DNA of 64,000 bases from Prochlorococcaceae cyanobacterium (GTDB lineage Bacteria; Cyanobacteriota; Cyanobacteriia; PCC-6307; Cyanobiaceae), in NCBI GenBank assembly GCA_040399285.1, contig JBBASM010000004.1, forward strand, positions 57,757 to 121,756. The letters run 5' to 3'. Under the pieces are notes generated by a model. That model searched no databases. It saw only the letters and a list, made by a program, of their open reading frames with translations, and was not told the origin of the DNA. This document shows, piece after piece, positions 36,035 through 45,770 of this stretch. Both the position numbers and the translations under genes were made by a program. Position 1 is the first letter of the stretch; every line of letters begins with the position of its first letter.

Positions 36035-38582
36035 GCGAGGCGGCAGTCAGCCCCAGATCCGCCTCGATCGCCGCCACCGCCAGGCGGGTGGGGATCACGG
36101 CGTCGGGGTTGAGGCTGATCGAGTCGATCCCCTGCTCCACCAGGAAGCGGGCAAAGTCGGGGTGATCGCTGGGGGCCTGGCCGCAGATGCCGATCTTGCG
36201 GCCACAGCGCCGGGCCGTGGCAATCGCCATGGCGATCATGGCCTTCACGCTGGCGTGGCGCTCATCGAACAGCTCGGCCACCAGGACGGAATCGCGGTCG
36301 AGCCCCAGGGTGAGCTGGGTGAGGTCGTTGGAGCCGATCGAGAAGCCATCGAAGCGCGCGGCGAAGGCCTCGGCCGCGATCACATTGCTGGGCAGTTCGC
36401 ACATCACATACACCTCCAGGCCGTTCTCACCGCGCACCAGGCCCTGGCCGGCCATCTCGGCCAGCACCCGGTCCCCCTCCTCGGGGGTGCGGCAGAAGGG
36501 CACCATCGGGATCACGTTGGTGAGGCCCATCCCGTCACGCACCCGCCTGAGGGCCTGGCACTCCAGGGCGAAGGCGGCCCGGAAGGCCGGGGCGTAGTAG
36601 CGGGAGGCGCCGCGCCAGCCGATCATCGGATTCTCCTCATCGGGCTCGAAAGCGGCACCGCCCAGCAGGCGGGCGTACTCGTTGCTCTTGAAATCGGAGA
36701 AGCGCAGGATCACCGGCCGGGGGTAGAAGGCGGCGGCGATCCGGGCCATGCCCTGGGCCAGGAGATCCACGTAGTACTCCGCTGGCTCGCCATAGCCCGC
36801 CACCAGCTGGGCGATGGCGTGGCGCTCGGCCGCATCCCGCACCCGCGCCGGCTCCAGCAGGGCCAGGGGATGCACGCGGATGTGGTTGGCGATGATGAAC
36901 TCCAGGCGGGCCAGGCCCACGCCGTCGCAGGGGATGGCCGCCAGCTTGAAGGCCTCCTCCGGGTTGCCCACGTTCATCAGGATCCGGGTGCGGGTGGCCG
37001 GCAGATCGGCCAGCTCCTGCTCCTCCACCCGGAAGGGCAGCACGCCGCGGTACACCCGGCCCTCGTCGCCCTCGCAGCAGCTCACGGTGATCGGCTCGCC
37101 GTCGGCGATCACCTCCGTGGCGTCGCCGCTGCCGACGATGGCCGTGATGCCCATCTCCCGGGCAATGATCGCCGCGTGGCAGGTGCGTCCCCCCTGGTTG
37201 GTCACCACGCCGCTGGCCCGCTTGAGGATCGGCTCCCAGTCCGGGTCGGTGCGCTCGGTCACCAGCAGATCCCCGGACTGGAAGCGCTGGATTTCCGAGG
37301 GGTCCCGGATCACCCGGGCCGGACCACTGCTCACCGACGCCCCGATCGCCCGGCCGCGGCAGAGCAGCTCGGCACCGCCGCCCCCCGGCCCGGCCTCCAG
37401 GTGCCAGCTGCGCAGCACCGATGCGGACCGGCGCGACTGCACGGTTTCCGGCCGGGCCTGGAGGATGAACAGCTCGCCGGTGTGGCCGTCCTTGGCCCAC
37501 TCGATGTCCATCGGCGTGGGGGTGCCCCGCCGGGAGCTGTAGTGCTGCTCGATCGTGCAGGCCCAGCGGGCCAGCTGCAGGGCCTCGGCGTCGCTGACGG
37601 CGAAGCGGCGCCGCTCCCGCTCCGGCACGGGCACATTGCGGGTGGCGCCACAGCCCGGTTCAGCGCCACCGCCGCCCCTGAGCTCACGATCGGCGTACAC
37701 CATGCGGATCGCCTTGGAGCCCAGGCGCCGCTGCAGGATCGGCGCAAAGCCCTGCTCCAGGGTGGGTTTGAAGATCAGGTATTCATCCGGGTTCACCGTG
37801 CCCTGCACCACGTTCTCGCCCAGGCCGTAGGCGGCGGTGAGCAGCACCGCATCGCGGAAGCCGGTCTCGGTGTCGATGCTGAACATCACCCCGGAGGCGG
37901 CCAGGTCGGCCCGCACCATCTGCTGCACGCCGATCGAGAGGGCCACCTCGAAGTGGTCGAAGCCGTTGAGCTGGCGGTAGGAGATGGCCCGGTCGGTGAA
38001 CAGGGAGGCCAGGCAGCGCCGGCAGGCCGCCAGCAGGGCCGCCTCCCCCTGCACGTTCAGGAAGGTTTCCTGCTGGCCGGCGAAGGAGGCATCGGGCAGG
38101 TCTTCGGCGGTGGCACTGGAGCGCACCGCCACGGCCAGCTCGTTCGCCGGATCACCAGCCAGCCGGCTGCCAGCAGCCAGCTGGCGATAAGCGGTGACAA
38201 TCGCCTCCTGCAGATCAGCGGGCAGGGGGGCGTGCAGCAGCAGGGAGCGGGCGGCGGCCCCGGCGGCCTGCAGGGCGGCGATGTCGTGGCTGTCCAGGCC
38301 ATCGAGCAGGGCATGCAGCCGATCCTCCAGGCCATTGCTGGCGATGAAGTGGTGGTAGGCGTCGGCGGTGGTGGCGAAGCCATCGGGCACCCGCACCCCC
38401 CGGCCGCCCAGTTCCCGGATCATCTCGCCCAGGGAGGCGTTCTTGCCGCCCACCTGGGGGATGGCGTCCAGGCCCACCTGGGCGAAGGGCACCACCAGGG
38501 CCGAACGCCTCCCTGCGGAAACGGCCGGGGAGGCATGGCCATCGACTGGATGGACCTCCAGCGAGACGCGATCGGATCCCAT
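36018..38582 (-). CDS. ppsA: Phosphoenolpyruvate synthase (pyruvate, water dikinase)
   Basis: GGKNASLGEM (ATP-grasp region), phospho-His region TNQGGRTCHAAIIAREMGI, and PEP-utilising C-terminal GFSIGSNDLTQLTLG. The ATG at 38582 is preferred. Confidence 0.9.
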   Translation of the reverse strand: MGSDRVSLEVHPVDGHASPAVSAGRRSALVVPFAQVGLDAIPQVGGKNASLGEMIRELGGRGVRVPDGFATTADAYHHFIASNGLEDRLHALLDGLDSHDIAALQAAGAAARSLLLHAPLPADLQEAIVTAYRQLAAGSRLAGDPANELAVAVRSSATAEDLPDASFAGQQETFLNVQGEAALLAACRRCLASLFTDRAISYRQLNGFDHFEVALSIGVQQMVRADLAASGVMFSIDTETGFRDAVLLTAAYGLGENVVQGTVNPDEYLIFKPTLEQGFAPILQRRLGSKAIRMVYADRELRGGGGAEPGCGATRNVPVPERERRRFAVSDAEALQLARWACTIEQHYSSRRGTPTPMDIEWAKDGHTGELFILQARPETVQSRRSASVLRSWHLEAGPGGGGAELLCRGRAIGASVSSGPARVIRDPSEIQRFQSGDLLVTERTDPDWEPILKRASGVVTNQGGRTCHAAIIAREMGITAIVGSGDATEVIADGEPITVSCCEGDEGRVYRGVLPFRVEEQELADLPATRTRILMNVGNPEEAFKLAAIPCDGVGLARLEFIIANHIRVHPLALLEPARVRDAAERHAIAQLVAGYGEPAEYYVDLLAQGMARIAAAFYPRPVILRFSDFKSNEYARLLGGAAFEPDEENPMIGWRGASRYYAPAFRAAFALECQALRRVRDGMGLTNVIPMVPFCRTPEEGDRVLAEMAGQGLVRGENGLEVYVMCELPSNVIAAEAFAARFDGFSIGSNDLTQLTLGLDRDSVLVAELFDERHASVKAMIAMAIATARRCGRKIGICGQAPSDHPDFARFLVEQGIDSISLNPDAVIPTRLAVAAIEADLGLTAASLSAAG

Positions 38583-38714
38583 GGGAGCGCAGCAGCCGTC
38601 CGAACTCTGGCGCTGGCCGGGCTGGCTGGCCGGAACTGTGAACGGCATGAAGCACTGGGAGCGCCCCTCTTTTGGTGGCACAGTGGTGCGTCACCCACTG
38701 TTCCTCCGGGTTTC

Positions 38715-39173
38715 GTGTTGCGTTTCTCCCCCGCCTGGATCCCAGCCGCTGCCGCTGCGCTGGTCACGGTTCCGCTGGCCGCCACTGTGGCGATTGCACC
38801 AGCCCGGGCCCAGGCCCCTGCTGCCGCGGCCAAGCCCGCACCGATGGAGCTGATGAATGACCTTGCCCTCACCGCCGCGGTGAATTCCTGTGAGCTGGCG
38901 GTGGCGGAGAAGCTGCCGGTGGAGAAAGCGGTGATCGCCAGTGCCAAGGCCATCACCTTCCTGGTGACCAACCGCTATGGCTCCCAGGTGGCCGGCGCCG
39001 GCAAACTGAGCACCGAACAGATCGCCAACGGCTCCATCATCCAGATTGTGGCCCGGGTGAAGCAGGGCTGTTATGACCGGCTCACCGCTGCCGACAAGAA
39101 ATTCGTCGACGGCGTGTTGAGTGAGGTGGAGAAAGCCGCCAAATCCCAGCCCCAGCAGCAGCCACGCCGCTGA
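38715..39173 (+). CDS. Secreted hypothetical protein
   Basis: This is the 3' end of the 1003-aa antisense track ORF. From the GTG at 38715 it reads (M)LRFSPAWIPAAAAALVTVPLAATVAIAPARAQA/P..., a signal peptide followed by a roughly 110-aa helical domain containing two Cys. Confidence 0.5.
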   Translation: MLRFSPAWIPAAAAALVTVPLAATVAIAPARAQAPAAAAKPAPMELMNDLALTAAVNSCELAVAEKLPVEKAVIASAKAITFLVTNRYGSQVAGAGKLSTEQIANGSIIQIVARVKQGCYDRLTAADKKFVDGVLSEVEKAAKSQPQQQPRR

Positions 39174-39186
39174 TCAAGCTGAGGGA

Positions 39187-39393
39187 TCAGGGAGGCGAAT
39201 CATTCTGGCTGCTGCCTTCGGGCAGCAGCTGGGCCAGCAGGCCGGCAGCCATCAACAAGCCCCCCAGGCTGAGCGCCAGGGCCCGATTCGTCTCTGCCGG
39301 GCCGTCGCTCCACACCCCCGCGGCCAGGAAGGCTCCCCCCAGCAGGAGGGTGGGTACCAACACCATGCCCTTGGCCGTGCGGTTGAGGCTCAT
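39187..39393 (-). CDS. Small two-pass membrane protein (hypothetical)
   Basis: 68 aa with two hydrophobic helices (MVLVPTLLLGGAFLAAGVW and LSLGGLLMAAGLLAQLL). About 87% of codons end in G/C. Its ATG directly abuts the upstream stop (TGAATG). Confidence 0.6.
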   Translation of the reverse strand: MSLNRTAKGMVLVPTLLLGGAFLAAGVWSDGPAETNRALALSLGGLLMAAGLLAQLLPEGSSQNDSPP

Positions 39394-39825
39394 TCAGGAC
39401 AGGGCCCGGCAGGCCGGATCGGCAGCTTCCATGGCCAGGGGCGAGGCAAGGCCTGCCGCCACCAGGCCAGCACCCAGATCCTGGCCGGGACGCTGACCCC
39501 TGGGCAGGATGGTGACCCGCGCCAGCAATTCTCCGTCGTGCTCACCGAAGGGACGCAGGTTGAGGCGGGTGCCACGGGCCACGGCCTGCCTCAGCCAGCG
39601 CACGGCATCTTCCTCCTGGTCGTCTGCCACGGCGATGCAGGCCAGGCGGACGCTGTAGCTGCGGTTGCTGTCGCCCACCTGCAACACGCTGCCGCTGCGC
39701 ACCTGGCGCAGCTCTGCCGCAGCACTGCTGGCCGGCAGCGCCAGCAGCACGCACACCAGCAGTTGCACCACCACGGCGGGAAGCAGGGGCCCATTGACGC
39801 GGGGCAGCAAGCGGTTGCCCCCCAT
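39394..39825 (-). CDS. Membrane-anchored or secreted thermonuclease (SNase)-like domain protein
   Basis: [38 protein letters not shown] is followed by an OB-fold SNase-like pattern (VRSGSVLQVGD...YSVRLACIAV...EDAVRWLRQAV...LNLRP...DGELLARV). Its ATG overlaps the ilvB stop (ATGA). The family assignment is tentative. Confidence 0.5.
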   Translation of the reverse strand: MGGNRLLPRVNGPLLPAVVVQLLVCVLLALPASSAAAELRQVRSGSVLQVGDSNRSYSVRLACIAVADDQEEDAVRWLRQAVARGTRLNLRPFGEHDGELLARVTILPRGQRPGQDLGAGLVAAGLASPLAMEAADPACRALS

Positions 39826-41708
39826 CAGAGCTTGGCGCCGCAGCTGGGGCAGAAGTGATGGGCGCTCTCGGTGCTGGTGCCGCAGCTGTTGCACTGGCGG
39901 GTGGTGGCGATAGCCAGCTCGGGATGGCTGGGCAGGCCCACCATCTGGGCATTGCTGGCGCCGGGGGGCACCATCGGGTAGCAGTTCTCGTTGCGGCGCA
40001 CCTGCACGTCGATGAACACCGGCCCGGGGTGATCGAGGGCCTGCTGCAGTTGCCGGTGCAGCTGGCTGCGCTCGGTGATCCGCATGCCACGCACGCCGAA
40101 GGCCTCGGCCAGCGCCTCGAAATTGGGCATGCCGGCGGTCATGTCCGAGGCGGAATAGCGCTCGTCGTAGAAGCTCTCCTGCCACTGGCGCACCATCCCC
40201 TGCCAGCCGTTGTTGAGCACCACCACCTTCACCGGCAGGTGGTACTGGGCCAGGGTGCCTAGCTCCTGGATGTTCATCAGGATTGAGGCGTCCCCCGCCA
40301 CGCAGATCACCTGCTGGTCGGGGAAGGCCGTCTGCACGCCCATCGCCGCGGGCATGCCGAACCCCATCGTGCCCAGGCCGGCCGAACTGATCCAGTGGCG
40401 GGGGCTGTTGTTCAGGTACTGGGCGGCCCACATCTGGTGCTGCCCTACATCGGTGGTGTAGTAGGCATCGGGGGCCAGCTCCCGCAGGGCCAGCACCACC
40501 TCCTGGGGGGCGATCTCTCCCACGGGCTCGGGCACCACCAGGGGGTAGTGCTGCTTCCAGTCAGCGATGCGCCCCAGCCAGGCCTGGGTGCGGCCATCGC
40601 CGGCCTGCCCCTGGGATGCGGACAACAGGGCCTTCAGGGCCTGTTGCACATCGCCCACCACTGCCACATCCGGCAGGCGGGTCTTGCCCACCTCGGCGGC
40701 GTCGATGTCGATGTGGATCACCTGGGCCCTCGGGGCGAAACCATCCAGGCGGCCGGTGACCCGGTCGTCGAAGCGGGCACCCGCGGCAATCAGCAGATCG
40801 CACTCGGTGACGGCGAAATTGGCGTAGGCAGTGCCGTGCATGCCCAGCATCCCCACCGCCAGGGGGTGCTTCTCATCGAAGACGCCCTTGCCCATCAGGG
40901 TGGTGGTGACGGGAATCTGAAAGCGCTCGGCCAACTGGCGCACCTGGGCGTGGGCGCCGCTGCTGATCGCCCCTCCACCCACGTAGAGCAGGGGGCGGTG
41001 GGCCTGGAGGATCAGGGCCAGCGAGGCATCAATCGCCTCCGGCTGGGGGCTGGGGGGCTGGCGGAAGCCCTTGGGAATCGCCGTGCCCGGCTCCACGGGC
41101 ACGTAGTCGAACTGCTCCACGCCCACGTCCTTGGGCACGTCGATCAGCACCGGGCCCGGGCGGCCGCTGGCGGCGATCAGGAAGGCCTCGGCCACGATCC
41201 GGCCGATGTCGCGCGGGTCGCGCACCACCCAGGAGTGCTTCACGATCGGCAGGGTGATGCCGAAGATGTCCGTTTCCTGGAAGGCATCGGTGCCGATGGC
41301 GGCCCGGGGCACCTGGCCGGTGATCACCACCATCGGCACCGAGTCCATGTGGGCGGTGGCGATGCCCGTCACCAGGTTGGTGGCGCCGGGGCCCGAGGTG
41401 CCGAAACACACCCCCACCTGACCGGTGGCCCGGGCGTAGGCGTCGGCCGCGTGGGTACCGCCCTGCTCGTGGCGTACGAGGATGTGCTGGAGCCAGCCGC
41501 GCGATTCAGCCTTGTGCAGCTCGTCGTAGATCGGCAGGATCGCCCCACCGGGGTAACCGAAGATGTGCTTCACCCCATGGCGCCGCAGGGCATCCATCAG
41601 GGCGTAGCCACCACTCACCCGCTGGGGTTGTACGCCATCGGAATTCCCCTGCACGGCGGAGGAATCTGCAGGGGAGAGGTCCGCAGAGGTGAGGGGCGAA
41701 AGCGTCAC
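39825..41708 (-). CDS. ilvB: Acetolactate synthase large (catalytic) subunit with a C-terminal zinc-ribbon tail
   Basis: ThDP-enzyme blocks are present ([61 protein letters not shown]). The tail is [25 protein letters not shown] start. Confidence 0.92.
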   Translation of the reverse strand: MTLSPLTSADLSPADSSAVQGNSDGVQPQRVSGGYALMDALRRHGVKHIFGYPGGAILPIYDELHKAESRGWLQHILVRHEQGGTHAADAYARATGQVGVCFGTSGPGATNLVTGIATAHMDSVPMVVITGQVPRAAIGTDAFQETDIFGITLPIVKHSWVVRDPRDIGRIVAEAFLIAASGRPGPVLIDVPKDVGVEQFDYVPVEPGTAIPKGFRQPPSPQPEAIDASLALILQAHRPLLYVGGGAISSGAHAQVRQLAERFQIPVTTTLMGKGVFDEKHPLAVGMLGMHGTAYANFAVTECDLLIAAGARFDDRVTGRLDGFAPRAQVIHIDIDAAEVGKTRLPDVAVVGDVQQALKALLSASQGQAGDGRTQAWLGRIADWKQHYPLVVPEPVGEIAPQEVVLALRELAPDAYYTTDVGQHQMWAAQYLNNSPRHWISSAGLGTMGFGMPAAMGVQTAFPDQQVICVAGDASILMNIQELGTLAQYHLPVKVVVLNNGWQGMVRQWQESFYDERYSASDMTAGMPNFEALAEAFGVRGMRITERSQLHRQLQQALDHPGPVFIDVQVRRNENCYPMVPPGASNAQMVGLPSHPELAIATTRQCNSCGTSTESAHHFCPSCGAKL

Positions 41709-41720
41709 GGCTGCAGCCGA

Positions 41721-42293
41721 TTAACGGGATAGGGCAACCCTAGGTGCTGGGGGCGCGGTTGGGGCATGGGCGGCGGTGCGCCGGGCCCGGGCCATCTGCC
41801 GCAGAACCAGGGCCGGATCAATCCAGTCGCCGCGGAAGCGCATGCCCCAGTGCAGGTGGGGGCCGGTGCTGCGGCCGGTCACCCCCACATGGCCGATCAG
41901 CGTGCCGATGCGCACCATCTGCCCCTGGCGCAGCTGCACCGGCCCGCTGCGGTACACCCCGCCCTGCACCGACCCGGAGAGATGGCAATAGATGTGCTCG
42001 TACTCCCCGGAGCGGATCACCAGGCCCAGGCCGCAGGTGCCGTCGTTGATCACGCTCTGCACCACACCGCCCCACCAGTTGCGGATCGGCGAGCCCAGGG
42101 GCGCGGCGATGTCCAGGCCGTAGTGGGGTTCCACCCGGCCCCAGGGGCCGGTGCGGGTGCCGAAGTGGCTGGTGTAGCCGGCGAAGTTCACCACGGGGAA
42201 CACGCCCAGCCGCCACACGCTGCCGCTGCTGCTCTGGACAACCAGTGATCCAGGGCCGACAGCGACCCCCAGGGTGAGGCCCAGCGCCGCCAT
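41721..42293 (-). CDS. M23 family (LytM-type) metallopeptidase
   Basis: HYGLDIAAPLGSPI (HxxxD) and GRSTGPHLHWGMR (HxH). The ATG at 42293 gives a signal-like N-terminus (MAALGLTLGVAVG...) and avoids overlap with hemH. The track start is 42344. Confidence 0.8.
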   Translation of the reverse strand: MAALGLTLGVAVGPGSLVVQSSSGSVWRLGVFPVVNFAGYTSHFGTRTGPWGRVEPHYGLDIAAPLGSPIRNWWGGVVQSVINDGTCGLGLVIRSGEYEHIYCHLSGSVQGGVYRSGPVQLRQGQMVRIGTLIGHVGVTGRSTGPHLHWGMRFRGDWIDPALVLRQMARARRTAAHAPTAPPAPRVALSR

Positions 42294-42324
42294 CACACCA
42301 GTCGCCCGCCGCCAGCGGGCACCC

Positions 42325-43500
42325 TCAGAGCAGGCCCAACGCATGGAGGGGACCCCGTCCGCTCAGCAGTTCCAGCAGGAAGGCGGAGAAGCCCACCATC
42401 GCCAGGCGGCCATTCCAGACCTCCGAGCTGTTGTTCCAGCCCCAGGCCCACTTGTCCTGGGGATAGAGCTTCACCTTGGTGTTCAGGGCCGCCGCCTGGT
42501 CGAGGTTCACCTCCGGGCCGTCGAGGGCCTGCTGCACCAGCTGGGCCAGGCCCTCGATGAAGGCCGGCGTGGTGTCCAGGGCCGGCACCCGCCGGAAGTT
42601 GGTGATGCCGGCTTCTGTGGCGATCTCCCGGTACTCGATGTCGATTTCCTCCAGGGTCTCAATGTGCTCGCTCACGAAGCTGATCGGCACCACCACCAGG
42701 TCCTTCACCCCCTGGGCGCCCAGGTCGTGGAGGGCATCATCGGTGTAGGGCCGCAGCCACTCCACCGGCCCCACCCGGCTCTGATAGGCGAGGGTGTAGG
42801 GGTTGGTGTGGCCGAGATCCCGCTCCAGCCGCTCCATGATCAGGCGGGCGCAGGCCTCGATCTCGCTCTGGTAAGGGTCGCCGGCCTCCTCCACATAGCT
42901 CCTGGGCACGCCGTGGGCGCTGAAGAACACGTGGGCCGTGGTGGGGTCGGGGCAGGCCTGGATCTCCCTGGCGATCAGCCCGGCCATCGCACCGATGTAG
43001 CCGGGATCGTCGTAGTAGCTGCGGATGCAGCGGATCGGCAGGCGGGCGAAGGCCGGATCGGCCTGGCGCAGGCGCTGCAGCTCACGGAAGCTGGAACCGC
43101 TGGTGCTGATCGAGAAATGGGGGTAGAGGGGCAGCACCACCACCTCGTCGACGTCGTCTGCCTTGATGTCACCCACCGCCGACTCGGTGAAGGGATGCCA
43201 GTAGCGCATCGCCACGTAGCTGGTGGCCTCGATGCCCCGCTGGCGCAGGCTGCTCTGCAGTTCGCGGGCCTGCTGCTCGGTGATGCGCCGCAGGGGAGAG
43301 CCCCCACCGATCGAGCGGTAGGCCTCCTGCGACTTGCCGGCCCGCAGGCTGCTGATCAGCCAGGCCAGGGGCTTCTGCAGGGCCGGATTGGGCAGGCGGA
43401 TGATTTCGGGATCGGAGAACAGGTTGTACAGGAACGGGCCCACGTCCTGAATCCGCTCCGGACCTCCCAGATTCAGCAACAGCACGCCAACCTTGGCCAT
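42325..43500 (-). CDS. hemH: Ferrochelatase with a C-terminal chlorophyll a/b-binding (CAB/Hlip-like) helix
   Basis: [31 protein letters not shown] and FSAHGVP blocks. The C-terminus is [20 protein letters not shown], a CAB motif typical of cyanobacterial and plastid type II ferrochelatase. Confidence 0.93.
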   Translation of the reverse strand: MAKVGVLLLNLGGPERIQDVGPFLYNLFSDPEIIRLPNPALQKPLAWLISSLRAGKSQEAYRSIGGGSPLRRITEQQARELQSSLRQRGIEATSYVAMRYWHPFTESAVGDIKADDVDEVVVLPLYPHFSISTSGSSFRELQRLRQADPAFARLPIRCIRSYYDDPGYIGAMAGLIAREIQACPDPTTAHVFFSAHGVPRSYVEEAGDPYQSEIEACARLIMERLERDLGHTNPYTLAYQSRVGPVEWLRPYTDDALHDLGAQGVKDLVVVPISFVSEHIETLEEIDIEYREIATEAGITNFRRVPALDTTPAFIEGLAQLVQQALDGPEVNLDQAAALNTKVKLYPQDKWAWGWNNSSEVWNGRLAMVGFSAFLLELLSGRGPLHALGLL

Positions 43501-43715
43501 GCCTTCCTTCCCTACGGCGCACGCCCAGAGCGTAACGCTGGCGGCCCGGGCCCAGCTGTGTCCCCTGGACGACCCACCCTCGACAGCCCCGGTGGGCGAT
43601 CGATAAGGTCGGGCCGCTCACGTTGCTGGGGCCCGTCATCCACACCAGCTCCCCCACCAGCGCTGCCCTCAGCTCCCAGGCAAGCCCCGAGCCAGCAGCC
43701 CATCCGCTGGATCCG

Positions 43716-44906
43716 ATGCTGGCCGCCCGCAATGCCGCCCTGGCCGGTGCGGGTGTGAGTCTGCGCATCGAGCGCCGCGGCGAGCGCCTGGGCCTGCGCG
43801 GCCCCCTGCCCCCGCGCCGCGGCAGCGGCGGCCCGGCGGTGCGGCGCATCAGCCTGGGGCTGCCGGCCAGCGAGGCCGGCCTGGCGGAGGCTGCCCGGCA
43901 GCTGCGCCAGGTGCTGGCGGAGCTGCAGCGCCAGCAGTTCGACTGGCAGCGCTGGGGCCGGCCCGTGCCACCCCCTACCGCGACAGACGCCCCCGAGCCC
44001 AGGGCCAGCCCCAAGCCGCGGCCCAGCAGCTGTCTGGCGGAGGAACTGCTGGGGTTTGAGCAGGCCTTCCGGGCCGATCCCGCCCGCCACCCCAATCCCG
44101 CCGGCAGCCGCACCACCTGGACGGCCGCCTACCGGCCCTACCTGCGGCGGCTGGCCCAGGTCGCCGCTGAGGACGGCGACCCTCGGGTGACGACTCCGCT
44201 ATTGGAGCGGGTGCTGGAGAGCTACCCCACCGGCAGCCGCAGCCGCCAGCAGGGCGCCACCGCCCTGGCGGCTTTGGCCCAGCACCTGCGGCTCAACCTG
44301 CCCGCCGACTGGCGGCAGCGGGCCACGGGCTACGGCCTGCACCGCGCCCAGTTCCGCCAGCTGCCGAGTGACAGCCAGATCCTGCAGTGGCAGCAGCTCA
44401 TCCCCAACCCCGCCTGGCGGCTGGCCTACGGCCTGATGGCCACCTACGGCCTGCGCAACCATGAGGTGTTCTTCTGCGACCTCACGGCCCTGGCGCCGGG
44501 GGGCGACCGTGTGATCCGCGTGCTGCCCACGAGCAAGACGGGCGAACACCAGGTGTGGCCGTTCCAGCCGGAGTGGGTGGAGCGCTTCGGCCTGGAGTGC
44601 CTGGGCCGTGATCCGCAGCTGCTGCCGGCGGTGCGCACCGACCTGGGCCGCACCACCCTGCAGCAGGCGGGCCGGCGGGTGGCCGAGCAGTTCAGGCGCT
44701 ACGGCCTGCCGATCACCCCCTACGACCTGCGCCACGCCTGGGCCGTGCGCACGATCCACGTGGGCCTGCCCGACACGGTGGCGGCGCGGATGATGGGTCA
44801 CTCGGTGGCGATCCACACCCGCACGTACCACCACTGGATCACCCGCCGCGACCAGCAGCAGGCCGTGGATGCGGCCCTGGCGCGGGCCCGGCAGCAGGTG
44901 GCCTGA
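43716..44906 (+). CDS. Tyrosine site-specific recombinase (phage-integrase family)
   Basis: C-terminal catalytic boxes YDLRHAWAVRT (HxxR) and MMGHSVAIHTRTYHHW (His ... Tyr nucleophile). The start is uncertain: TTG at 43623 or ATG at 43716. Confidence 0.75.
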   Translation: MLAARNAALAGAGVSLRIERRGERLGLRGPLPPRRGSGGPAVRRISLGLPASEAGLAEAARQLRQVLAELQRQQFDWQRWGRPVPPPTATDAPEPRASPKPRPSSCLAEELLGFEQAFRADPARHPNPAGSRTTWTAAYRPYLRRLAQVAAEDGDPRVTTPLLERVLESYPTGSRSRQQGATALAALAQHLRLNLPADWRQRATGYGLHRAQFRQLPSDSQILQWQQLIPNPAWRLAYGLMATYGLRNHEVFFCDLTALAPGGDRVIRVLPTSKTGEHQVWPFQPEWVERFGLECLGRDPQLLPAVRTDLGRTTLQQAGRRVAEQFRRYGLPITPYDLRHAWAVRTIHVGLPDTVAARMMGHSVAIHTRTYHHWITRRDQQQAVDAALARARQQVA

Positions 44907-45042
44907 GCCCGCCAGACTGCTCCGATCCACAGCTGCGGCATCGTTGAGCGAAACAGCGACATCCCCGGATCAGGCCCCGGCACCGGTGGCGACCCATCTC
45001 GCCACCCCTCTGGCCAGCCCTCCGTCAACCGATCTCGACCAG

Positions 45043-45684
45043 ATGGCCGCCGACCTGGGTCCCGGCGGTGAGCTGGCCCCCGAGCGGGACCAGGAGGCCT
45101 ACCGCCGGCGCATGGCCCGCCGCCAGGAGGTGCAGCGCCAGCGGGTGGGCGAGCGCAACCTGGAGAAGGGCCTGGTGCTGGTGTTCACCGGCGACGGCAA
45201 GGGCAAGACCACCGCGGCCCTCGGGCTGGTGCTGCGCACCCTGGGCCACGGCGAGAGCGTGGCGGTGGTGCAGTTCATCAAGGGGGGCTGGCAGCCGGGT
45301 GAGGCCAAGGCCCTGGAGCTGTTCGGCGATGCCCTGGCCTGGCATGCCCTGGGGGAGGGCTTCACCTGGGAAACCCAGGACCGCGAGCGCGACCGAGCCC
45401 TGGTGCAGGCCGCCTGGGAGCGATCGCTCAGCTACCTGGGCGACCCCAGCCGCAAGCTGGTGGTGCTCGATGAGGTGAACGTGGCGCTCAAGCTGGGCTA
45501 CCTGGCGGTGGAGCAGGTGCTGGAGGGTCTGGCCCAGCGGCCCGAGCTCACCCACGTGGCGCTCACCGGCCGCGGCGCCCCGCCGGCCCTGCTGGAGTGC
45601 GCCGACCTGGTCACCGAGATGAAGCTGGTGCGCCACCCCTTCCGCGAGCAGGGGGTGAAGGCCCAGCGGGGGATTGAGTTCTGA
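45043..45684 (+). CDS. cobO: Cob(I)yrinic acid a,c-diamide adenosyltransferase (CobO/BtuR type)
   Basis: P-loop VFTGDGKGKTTAALG, VVQFIKG and VVLDEVN...TGRGAPP...ADLVTEM blocks. ATG at 45043. Confidence 0.85.
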   Translation: MAADLGPGGELAPERDQEAYRRRMARRQEVQRQRVGERNLEKGLVLVFTGDGKGKTTAALGLVLRTLGHGESVAVVQFIKGGWQPGEAKALELFGDALAWHALGEGFTWETQDRERDRALVQAAWERSLSYLGDPSRKLVVLDEVNVALKLGYLAVEQVLEGLAQRPELTHVALTGRGAPPALLECADLVTEMKLVRHPFREQGVKAQRGIEF

Positions 45685-45770
45685 GGCCGCAGCTGCCAAC
45701 CTCTGCAGCGGGACGTCAACACCGCCGCTGCCCAGGGGGGTGGAGCGCCCGGCATGCGTAGCCTTGGCCA

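Noticed and set aside
36162-39173. 1003-aa plus-strand ORF, the longest in the track
   Set aside because: It is antisense to ppsA over most of its length. Its translation is Gly/Ala/Arg/His/Pro-rich low complexity with no motif, while the minus strand encodes an unmistakable PEP synthase. Long stop-free antisense frames are expected at this GC content. Only its last 152 codons (38715-39173), downstream of ppsA, look like a real signal-peptide protein.
43501-45042. Tyrosine recombinase as a marker of an integrated prophage or genomic island
   Set aside because: I found no tRNA/tmRNA gene, no flanking direct repeats, no phage, transposase or cargo genes, and no visible GC or codon-usage shift. 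The neighbours are hemH and cobO. I keep it as a domesticated-recombinase hypothesis only.
44907-45042. Possible cobalamin riboswitch upstream of cobO
   Set aside because: I could not find a B12-box-like element or the conserved GCCACTG-type core in this 136-nt spacer. A covariance-model scan (Rfam RF00174) would be needed to exclude it formally.
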